DNA of 64,000 nt from Hyaloraphidium curvatum SAG 235-1 (Eukaryota; Fungi; Monoblepharomycota). Below are positions 1 to 9,411 of this stretch, piece after piece. The position numbers were made by a program, and so were the translations under genes. Each line of letters starts with the position of its first letter. Positions within the stretch are counted from its first letter, which is position 1. The stretch lies in NCBI GenBank assembly GCA_025558095.1, contig JAIVFI010000011.1, positions 310,001 to 374,000 of the forward strand, written 5' to 3'. The notes below the pieces were generated by a model. The model saw nothing but the letters and a program-made list of their open reading frames with translations, was not told the origin of the DNA and did not search any database.

Positions 1-3000
1 GGGACGAGGCAGTCTTTGACGTGCCCGGAATCCTAAGCCACGTCGCCCTGAAGGGCGCGGTCCTGCCCGACCCCGAAGTGTCGCTCAACATCGACCCCAA
101 GACCAGGGAGCCGGAGCCCGTGCGCTGGGTGCCGCCCAAGAAGACTTACATTCGCTTTGCCGAGCCGGGTAAGGTTCCCAAAGGACCTGTCCCGTTCGGC
201 AAGCGGGCCGAGGACCTGATGGTGGTGTACGCGCCGCGGTCCAAGACGATCGAGGACCGCGATGCGGACCTGCTCAAGGCCGCGGTGGAGAGCGACTGCA
301 CGTGGGTGCAAGGTGCGGTCCTGCAGGACATCAAGAACACCAGGAACAAGTCGCTCGGTGAGTCGGCGCATTCCCCGTTCTCGTGCTCGGCGGAAAGGCT
401 CACCTCGCGCGCGCGCGCTCGGTCCAGAGTCACTCGACCCCAAGTACTACGAGCGGCTTGCGATCGCGACGGAGACTCTCCGGCTCTATGCGCCGGGCGC
501 GGTCAGCTGCCAGAAGATCCGTGATCAGGAGCAGGTTCGTGCGAGGCGGACTCTGTGGGGCGGTCGTCACCTCACCCTTCCTTGCCGCGACCAGGTCACG
601 CACACGAAATTGGCCGGAGACGTGCTCTTCAAGGCCGTTTTGGGCCAGAGCATGTTTGAAGACGACGCCGAGCCGAACGACGGGCCGCTGGAAGCCGCGG
701 CGGCGCGCGGATCGGAGCCGGTTGAGGCCGCGGCGCCCGGGGGAGCCGCGGCCTCGGACGGACTCGATGCGGGCACCGGCGACGACCAGCGGGACGAGGA
801 GATGCAGGAACGCGACGCCGAATGCGGCGGCGAGGCGTGCGAGGGTGCCGGCGGGGAGACGGCGGGAGCGGGTGATGCGGAGGATCGTGGGGATGTGGCT
901 CGAGTTGGAGTGGCTGAGGACGCGCGCTCCGACGGCAACTCGGAAGATGCGCATGACGCCGGCGCCCGCGAGCAGGAAGCCGGCGCCATCGACGTGGAAT
1001 CGGACGCCGGGGAGCAGGGCGGCGCGCGTTCGGATGCCGAGGAGCCGGGCGCGGGTGCGGAGGGCGCCGAGGACGCCGACGACGCCGCCACCGAGGGCGG
1101 CGGCGCCGAGGACATTGAAGCCGGCGCCGTCACGGACGACGACGGCGCGGAGGACGAGGATGACGAGGAGGACGCAGAGGACGACGACGATGCCGACCAG
1201 GCGTCCGAGTTCGACCCCGCGCAGGACTCGGAGGAGGACGAGCCGCTGGACCCGGACGGAGCCGACAAGGACTTGGCATCGGAGGACGGGGACGCTCGGG
1301 ACGGAGCCGCGCCGGACTCGGGCGCCCCTGAGGGTGCGGCGGGCGCGTCGGGCAAATCGCCGCAGCCGCCTGCCCCCGCCATGGACCCCAAGCTCGCCAA
1401 GAAGCAGCTGGCCAAGGATGCCAGGGACAGGAACCAGGCCCAGCTGGGAATGGTACCGCTGATCAACGCCGAGGCCGCCCAGGACGTGTGCGTGACCATC
1501 AGCGACCAGCTGTACCCCTCGCCCGACGCGGAGGAGCAGATGAAGTTGCTCCGGCGGACCGAGCACCCTGGAAGCTCTTCCATCCCTCGATTGGCCGCTG
1601 GCCAGGGGACAGAGCAAGACCCCGTGCTGCTTTTGAGGGACCTCGCGGAGATCGCCCGCCAAGCCCGTCGCACGTCAACTGCACTGACGTCGAACGCCGC
1701 GATCGGGCACCTCCTGCGCGCATACGTTGTCTGTGTCCTCGCGCACATGTACGACCTCGTGGACCAACTCGCGGAGGTCATCGTGAAGCACGATGGCTCC
1801 ACGATTCTCGATGCGACGAGCATCACGTCGGGAGACTTCTCTGGTCACGATCTCGTCGTGCTGGCCGAGCAGACGCGGTCGGCCATTGCGCGCATCGATG
1901 CATCGGAAGACTTTGAGCAGCACCTGAACAAGCTCCACCGGACGTTCCCGCTGCTCTTCTCTGTCCCCGCCCACCAGGAGGCCAAGGCTGCGGAGACGTT
2001 CCGGAAGGCAAACTCCATCCGGAACCAGAAGACCACGGATCGGGAAAGAGCAAACTACGCGCTCTTCTTCGCGCTGTTCATCGTCTACCCCGTCGACATG
2101 GCCCTGCGCAGGATGGTCTATCGCGACGACGATTGCAGCCCGGGATATTGGCTGCGGTACCATTACGTGCGCGGCATCAAAGAGCTGCACCGCATTCTCG
2201 TGCAGCACGGCTCGCGGGCGCTGCTCTTTGTCGGTACATACCACGCCAAGCTCATGTCGTTCAGCGGCGGGAAAGGAGGTGATCTGCTGACCAAGGACAA
2301 CCTACCGAGCCTGCACAACTTTGTCGATGAGAAGGCGATCCCGCTGCACGGTACGAAGCGGCTTCCTCGTTCCAGTCAAGCTCTTCCTAACGATCGATCT
2401 CGCAGAGGCCTTCGGCAAGCTGGAGGAGCTGCTCTTCGAGACTGATCGCCCCCCGAGATCGGCCAACGAGACCCTGAACAGGCTCCTTGGCGCGCTGCGC
2501 AGCATCTGGAGGATCCGGCCGCCGATGCTCACGGCCGCCGATCTCAAGAACATCAAGAAGCGGAAGCAGCAGGACAACTCCAAAAAGCGCAAGCGGGACG
2601 AGGTCGACGGGGAGGACGAGGCGGAAGTGGAGAAGGCGAAGCCCAACTTCGTGCCCAAGAGATGTGGGTGTCGGTGCACGGGGGCTTCGAGTGCTTCGGC
2701 TGACTGTCGGTGCTCCCACAGGGGAGGTGGCCGCGGTGCTGTCGATGAAGGCGCTGTACGCGCAGCTTGATGCACTGCTCAGAAAGGCCGAGAGCAGGTC
2801 CGCGTCCGCCCTGGGAAAGGAGGCCAAGCGTGCCGCAGTCGCCGAGGTCGAGAAGATCGAGAAGCAGACCGACAAGTTCGACGAGAGGATCGCAGCCATC
2901 CAGTTCGACACCCCGGGCATGCCGTCGCTCGCCGAGTACAAGAAAATGCTTCACGGCAAGCTGCACGGCAAGGGGAAGCACGCGGAGGCCTGGATATCGC

Positions 3001-3531
3001 CCAATCGCCAGGGCACAACGACGGCGCAGGCGTACTTTTACCCGATGCGCGCAACGTGGCCTGGCAACAAGGTGCCCAAGACCCAGCTGGGCAAGTGTTT
3101 CGCCGCGTGCCTCTTACGGCGGGCTCTGGATTGGGGGGATTCGCAGACCGAACTGACCGCGACGCTGTGTAAGTCGCCTGCTTCTCGCGCATCGACTCTG
3201 CCGGGAATCTCACGCACCGATGCAGTTCCCAAGGGCGCCATACCCAAAACACGGAAAGGATGGGAGGATGCAGTTCTCCGGGCCAAGAACATGCAGTGTT
3301 CTCCTACGGCGTACCAGACGCCGCTCAACAAGATCCTGAAGCTGGGCCGCCAGGACCTTGCGGAGCACTGCGGTCTACTAGGTGACTTGGCAGCAGCAGC
3401 GTTCGAGTTGTGCGCCAGCGTGGCCTTCTTCCCCACCAACGCTTAGCTCTTGTAGGAGGAGGAATGCCGAGGTAGTTGACGGGTCGCTTCCGGGGGTCAG
3501 CCTGGGTGATGGGACGCATTGTGGTCACTAA
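1..3531 (+). CDS. Large multi-exon hypothetical protein (5' end outside window) with long acidic low-complexity tract and basic NLS-like segment
   Basis: ORFs 21-524, 262-2445, 2321-2770 and 2487-3446 join through GT-AG introns (e.g. gtgagt at 358 to ccag 427; gtacga ~2351 to gcag ~2405). D/E-rich tract at ~780-1290; KKRKQQDNSKKRKR motif. A probable last intron at ~3410-3455 gives a terminal exon ending ...GTHCGH* near 3531. No family recognised. Confidence 0.55.
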
Positions 3532-3709
3532 GCCGCTGGCCCGCGCAGCACACACGCCGCAAACCCTAACCTGCCTCTTCCATGATTCGCTGTCACTCGG
3601 GTACGCTGGATTGGTCCCTCGGACTTCTGGAGACTGGCAGGTCCGTGTGAATGGATGCATCTGGGCAGGAAAGGCCGTGGCGTCGGGGGAGCGCGGTGCG
3701 AGAGAACCG
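3437..3709 (+). repeat. Direct repeat copy A (diverged; partner at 7210-7456)
   Basis: caacgcttagctcttgtagg...gacgggtcgcttccggggg...gggacgcattgtggtcactaagc...gcaggtccgt aligns colinearly with 7210-7417, with scattered substitutions. A shared tgcgagagaacc follows after an indel. Confidence 0.9.
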
Positions 3710-4322
3710 ATGCACCCTGAAGACGTCCACTTGACTCTCTGCCTTCAAAGAAAGCTACTCTTCTCCCTCTCTTTGTGGTGGCTGCGTTGGAATTTGACCT
3801 TGGCGGACGCGGAAAGTCTGAGGCCGTGGAAGCTTTCCGTCAACGTCCCCATCTCCATCGGTCGCGATCGCCACCGCCGCGATCGAAGATTTGACCCCTC
3901 GTTTGCACTGCGTGCATGCATGAAGGCCAGGGAAATGAGGAGAGCTGCATCGGCCGAGCATGCTGCGGCGGCTAGAGCTGGGTGGTGCCGAGACATAGGA
4001 CTCAAGCGCAACGTCTCGGCTCGAAAAGAGCTAGTTTCGGAGCACAGGTACAGAACGGCATTCTAACATGAGCTTAAGAGCAGTTTGCTGATCAACTCGG
4101 CGGTCGGCAGGGTGATTGGTGGGCTCAATGAGGACTCGCAATCGTCGAAGCCGCTGAGCGGCAATCTCGAGATCATGGCCACCTCCCAATACCCTTGTTC
4201 ACAGTCTGATAACCGAGAACATAATGATAGTAAACACTATGATAGTTTAACCTTGACAGTGGACGGTAGAGCGAGGGGGCATGCGGGACTCGGGTCCCCA
4301 ATCGAATTGGAATCGACACCTA

Positions 4323-5648
4323 ATGCAGGCCCTCCAGACCGAGCTCGAGCGACTCCGCGTCAGAAATGAGCGGCTTCTCGCCAGCAACGCGGCGCTGCGG
4401 GCCGACAACGCCGCCTTGCGCGCGCAGCTCGCCGCGTCGGACCCCGTACACTCCTCGCCGTCCCCCGCTCCGCCGACCCTTCCCTCGCAACTGATTCTCC
4501 GCATCGCGGAGTTCTTCCCGCCGGGCTCGCCGACGCTGCTGCACATGATGATGGCGTGCCGGGCCCTCTACGTTCTCTTGACGCCGCACTTCCTTCGGGA
4601 ACTGGACGTCTCCAAAATCGTCCATGCGTCGGTGGACCGTTTCCTAAAGGGACCAGGCGCGCCGGAGAAGTTTTCCAAGGTGCAGAAGCCCAAGTTCGCC
4701 AACCTCGATACGACCGATTGGCAGACTGGTGCCCTGCTGAGCCGATGCACCGCGCTCCGCGAGGTTTGATGCCAGCGACACCAATCATGTTTACTTTCGG
4801 TTGCGAAACAATCCGCTGGCGAACCTCGCAATGCTGCGGATACGGCTTCCCGTCTTCTTCTACAAGCACGATCCGGACGTGACCCCTTTGATGGAACGGC
4901 AGACATCAAGTTGGAACTGCCTCTCCTGAAGCATCTCGAGTACATCGGCATCAACTGGCCTGAATTCTTCCTCGCGATCAATGAAGGATGCCCGCGGCTG
5001 GAAACCGTGCCTTGCGGGATCGACGATCTGCCGGAGGACTGCCACGGCTTGATGCCTGACCGCTTCGTAGCCAAGATCGAGACGTAGATCTACGGCGCGC
5101 GGTTGGGCGTTCGGTCCATGCGGGCGGCGTTCCCGTCGTCGTTCCTTCCGTCCACGATCGCGATTTCGGAGAGATACTGTCGTGACGACGGAGACCTCGA
5201 AGAGTATCACCAGGAGTGGCGAGACATCCTGAGTGTGCCGTCGGTCAAGAACCCGAAGCTCGGCAAGTCAGGCACGCGATGCTTGTGCCTTGGGCTTCCT
5301 TCGAAACTGGAAGAGCTCCGGATAGGCTGGCTCACGATGAGTGAGCTCCGGCCGGACGAACTTGACGTGCTGGAGAGAGTGCTCCGCGGCAGCACGACAC
5401 GGCTCTCGTTTCAAGTTAACGGAGCGTACAACTGGGACGGGGTGACCAAGAATCTGCAGGCTGAGGTGCGCTTCTGGACGCGGCTTGCAGAGACGTTGGA
5501 CAGGCTCGAGTTCGAGTGGTCTGAGGATCCCGAATGGATCCTGCACGTGCACGAGGACGATTCGCTCCGATGGTACTACGACATCATTTGGGCACCCACC
5601 GGCACTGAGGTCTCTTACGTTTCGGACGCCTCGACCGACTCGGAGTGA
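4323..5648 (+). pseudogene. Disrupted coiled-coil + F-box-like / LRR-like gene
   Basis: N-terminal coiled coil, then the F-box-like LPSQLILRIAEFF...LLHMMMACRALY. The protein-like reading continues only via frameshifts (~4765, ~4887) and through an in-frame TAG at ~5085 (KIET*IYG) into ORF 5103-5648. No introns explain the breaks. Confidence 0.65.
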
Positions 5649-5697
5649 CTGCGGCTGGCAGGTTGGCCATTGGGCGGAAACCTCTTCGTACGATACA

Positions 5698-6914
5698 TCA
5701 GCAGAACACATCCGAGCGGGCGAACTCTTCATCCGAGCGGGCGAAACTGACTCTATCCAGTGCCATCCAAAACTCCTCCTCTTTCACGATGTCCTCCACA
5801 GGTGGGCTCTCGCTTTCAATCATGTTGTGCCAAACGGCTTCGATTTCGATCTCCGTCGTGGACGACTCCAAGGCCGCTCCTACGGTCGGGAACGCCGCGG
5901 CCGGCAGACCGAGCATGAACCTGTTCAACCTGACCACCTCAAGCCCCACCCAATGGCATCCTTGGAGAATTGACGTGCTGCCGTCGTAGACTTCTAAGAC
6001 CCTGACACCGGGGAAAGTGCGCCGGATGCGTCGTACCACCTCAGAGCTCGAAGGATAGTTGAAGACCACTGTGACGTGATCCACGTTCTCCAACGCGCCT
6101 TCGAGCGGGGCCACTTGTCGAGATCGTAGTTCATTAAGGCTATGCAGCGCAGCGAAGCGGCAACCTGAGGGAAAGTGCCAATCGTCTGGACCCAGTTGCG
6201 CGGACGGTTGAAGTGGGCTCCAAAATCAACATCTTCCAACTCCAGCCGGTCAAGCGTGGTGAGTTGGTCAAGGTGCCGGAGCAGGGGAAGCCAGTGCACC
6301 GCATCGCTTTTGAAGAGCAGAAGGTGGCGCCGGAATACCCCGCCGTTCATGACGAGGCGAACGCTGCGAAGCATTGCAGCTTCGGACAACCCGTCCAAGA
6401 AAAAGCGAACACCCTCAGGATCGCGTTCGACGACTTCGAGCTTCTCCACCGAAGGGCCGACGCCACGCAGAAGCGAAGCGTAGAACGGATCCGGAGATGC
6501 AACCGTGACAGAGAGGCTTTTGACCCGGCGTAACTTTCTCGAGCCCAGTCCCTCCTCGAGCAAGCCGCGCCACCTGTCCAACTCCGCCGCAATTGCAAAG
6601 TGTCGTTCCGAGCTTACGAAGGTTTTCGGTACAGGGGGCCAAAGATCCAGCTCGTCCCTGATGCGAAGCTCCCGTACCAAAAGGCCGACACCTTCCATCA
6701 ACAGGGTCCGACAGGTAGAGAGCAGGTGGAGTAGCGACTTCTTTGAGCCTGCCTCCCGAAGCTTGTCCGCCACGAGCAGCAGCACGTCGGTCGTGAGCGC
6801 GGGACTTGTTTCAACCGGCGGAGCGCAAACCGGGTGCGGAGCGCCGTCGGAGAACGGAGCGCCCTCGGCGGACGAGGCCGGCACAAGCACGAGCGCAGGC
6901 GGCGGGCATTCCAT
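5698..6914 (-). pseudogene. F-box-like / LRR-like gene with a frameshift near 6110
   Basis: F-box-like LTTDVLLLVADKL...LLHLLSTCRTL in ORF 5994-6914. The LRR-like reading continues in ORF 5698-6114 (PLEGALENVDHVTVV) after a 1-nt shift in a short C run. Could be an assembly indel. Confidence 0.55.
5709..5746. repeat. Short tandem duplication with 21-nt period (catccgagcgggcgaa x2)
   Basis: Seen directly; encodes FARSDEE/FARSDVF at the C-terminus of the minus-strand F-box gene. Confidence 0.8.
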
Positions 6915-7209
6915 AGCTTCCGGCGTGCACGTAGGGGCGCAGGGTTGTGTGGGCTAGGGATCCGAAGCTGGGCGGCCGAGTTGCGGTGACGGCTCAGTTC
7001 CACGATTTGAGCAAACTCAATGAGGATGTTACACTTCCTCCTACTTGCACCGCAGAAGGTCTTCGATTCATGATGTTTTATGATCCATTCAGCAGGGCGC
7101 AGGCACGGATGTTTGAAGCTCTTCACGCCGAACCCGGGGCTAACCCAATTCGCATCCACAGATGTGTTTTCTGTGAACATGGCAAGGGCAAAGGTTGCCA
7201 CTACCTAAA

Positions 7210-7456
7210 CAACGCTTAGCTCTTGTAGGTGGAGGAATGTCGAGGCAGTTGACGGGTCGCTTCCGGGGGTCGGCCTGGGTGCTGGGACGCATTGTGGTCA
7301 CTAAGCGGCTGGCCCGCGCAGCACACACTACGCAAACCCTGACCTGCCTCTTCATGATTCGCTGTCACGCGTGTACTGGATTGGCCCCTCGGACTTCCCA
7401 TCGACCTGCAGGTCCGTTGGCTTGGAGATCGCGGGGCGCGGGCTGCGAGAGAACCA
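7210..7456 (+). repeat. Direct repeat copy B (partner at 3437-3709)
   Basis: Same alignment as copy A; the ORF track translations 3476.. and 7195.. share TGRFRGSAWVxGRIVVTKxLARAAHT. Confidence 0.9.
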
Positions 7457-7619
7457 AGGCACGCCAAAGACAGTTCAACATACCACTGTTCTTTCTTTCT
7501 GCGGCGGTCGCTGCATTAGCTTGACCCTGCCGAACGGGGTGCGCTGTTGATTGATCAACCGAAGCAATCAACTTTTGTTTGACTTCGAATTCGGACGTCC
7601 GTCCTCCTCCTTCCTCGCC

Positions 7620-9340
7620 ATGCTGACGACGGAAGACGCCGAGTTTGACGAAGCGGTCGCTCCAGACCGCGAGGGTGCCGTGGCCGCTGTCCGCGAGACG
7701 TTTGCGGCCTTCCGTGTAGACGCGCTCGCGGCAGAGGCCCGTGCCGCCGAGCTCCTGTACGTCGACCGCCTTGCCTCGAGTTCGTCACTTGACGAGCTTT
7801 GCTGGGCTCTAAAACACAGTGCTGCTTCGCGCAAGGGCACAGTGCCCCCGGGAGACACGCTCGCCGTCGTCGAGCGTGCGTTGCAGTTGGCGGAGGGTAC
7901 GCTGCGCCTTGCCGAGGACGCAGACGGCCTCAATGGCGCATTGCGGGTTGCGGACATGCTGGACGCTGCGGAAGCTGGCTTCAGGAAGGTGGTCACTTCC
8001 TACCGCGTGGACGAACGAGGGACGCAAACAGGGCTCCCCGCCGCAGATCCAAGCAGTCATCGACAAGACCCTGCCGCTCTTCCGCGAGTACGGCTACCAA
8101 CCTCCATTCGACCTGCCCCCTTCGCCGCAGCCCCAGACGGCCGTTGCCGAGCCGAAGACCCCAACCAACCTGTTTTCTCCGCCGCCGCCCAAGTCTGCTC
8201 ACCTGCCTGATACGCCTGTCGCCGGAGGCCGCGAATCCAACGCGTCTGCGAGCACCATGTCGGCACCTCGAACACCTGCCGTGCTGAAGGAGTTCAGGCG
8301 TGTGGAGGAGGAGACCTGGGAAGACAGCCCGTCCATGGAGACCCTGGCGGGCGGGCTTTCGCAGAAGGGTCTCGAAATCTTGCGAGGTTCGGAAATCACT
8401 TCGGGCTTCAGTCCCGTCATTTGGCTGAACAAGGTGCCGTGCGCGTGCAGAGGGCAGCCTGGGAGCGCCGGGGACGCCAGATCACAGGCAATACCAAGAG
8501 CCTGAAGCACCCCCGACAGTTTCGCCGCCTAGGGAAGCTCACTACGAGGAGATGGGCGAGCCCGTTGCCCGTCTTCCGACAGCGCAGGATGCGGAACCAA
8601 CGGCGGCAACTATTCCAGCGGCTCTCGGAGACTTTGATGCGGCATCTCCTTCGTCACCCGACTACCGCCGCGCCGACTCTGATGAGATGGAGGACACGTT
8701 CGCGAACCTCAACCTGCAACATGATTTTCCGATTGCGAGGGGCCGGGAACCGCCGTCCGTGCCCCGCGGCCGTCCTTCTTTTTATCAAGCGGACGATATC
8801 GACAAGTATGTAGCCAACGAAGCGCTCCTGTCTCTCGTCGTGAGCTGACATCTTCCCTCAAGCACCTTCTCCTCGCTCCCTCCTCGGCCGCACGTACCCG
8901 CGACGCCTCACACTACCTCGCGCATTCCCGTTCTCACCCCACGCGCTCCCGTTTCTGACTCTCTCTACCCGCTTCTTGCGCCGATAAGCGAGGAAGAGTA
9001 CGAGGATGCCATGGACGCCTTTGGCCGCCGCGCCACCCCCTTGGATTGGCTGAACGAGTGCGTGGCGCAAGTCAACGAGGCGCTCACGGACGTCCGATTC
9101 GACATGGCGGATGACGGCGCTGCTTCGGAATGGCGGGAGGTCACCGTCAAGGAGCTCGAAGTCATGCTCGACATGCGTGAGTACCAGGGCTGCGACACTG
9201 TTTTGCACCGGACTCAAACTCCGTCCTGTCACAAATCAGCGGAAGGGAAATGCATGGGATTCGTCGCGGCGTGCTTGAAACTCAATCGATTGGCGCCGGC
9301 GACGAAAAAGGGGCAGAAGGCGTATCGAATCATCGAGTGA
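7620..9340 (+). CDS. SKA3: Probable spindle and kinetochore-associated (Ska) complex subunit Ska3-like protein, 5 exons
   Basis: Helical N-terminus ending in REYGYQP (cf. Ska3 KYGYxP), SP/TP-rich linker with SPSMETLAGGLS, and C-terminal PISEEEY...LDWLNECVAQVNEAL...LKLNRL...AYRI helical domain. Introns ~7989-8046, 8387-8449, 8806-8862 and ~9177-9239 keep frame. Confidence 0.6.
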
Positions 9341-9411
9341 CTAGAGTTCCATTTCCCGCCGCGTACAAGCTGCCATGTCCAAGTCTCCTGCAAATCGAGC
9401 ATTTCCGGTTC

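Noticed and set aside
430-1826. Long antisense and alternate-frame ORFs over the first gene (and similar ones throughout, e.g. 19300-21204, 22919-24331, 50588-51607)
   Set aside because: Shadow ORFs expected from high GC and codon bias opposite real genes; translations are low-complexity with no motifs.
4080-4270. AT-richer patch as a possible transposon terminus
   Set aside because: No matching inverted copy found in the window; consistent with a plain promoter or intergenic region.
3437-7456. LTR retrotransposon interpretation of the direct repeats
   Set aside because: No TG...CA termini, primer-binding site, target-site duplication or gag/pol remnants visible; the repeat looks like a duplicated gene 3' end.
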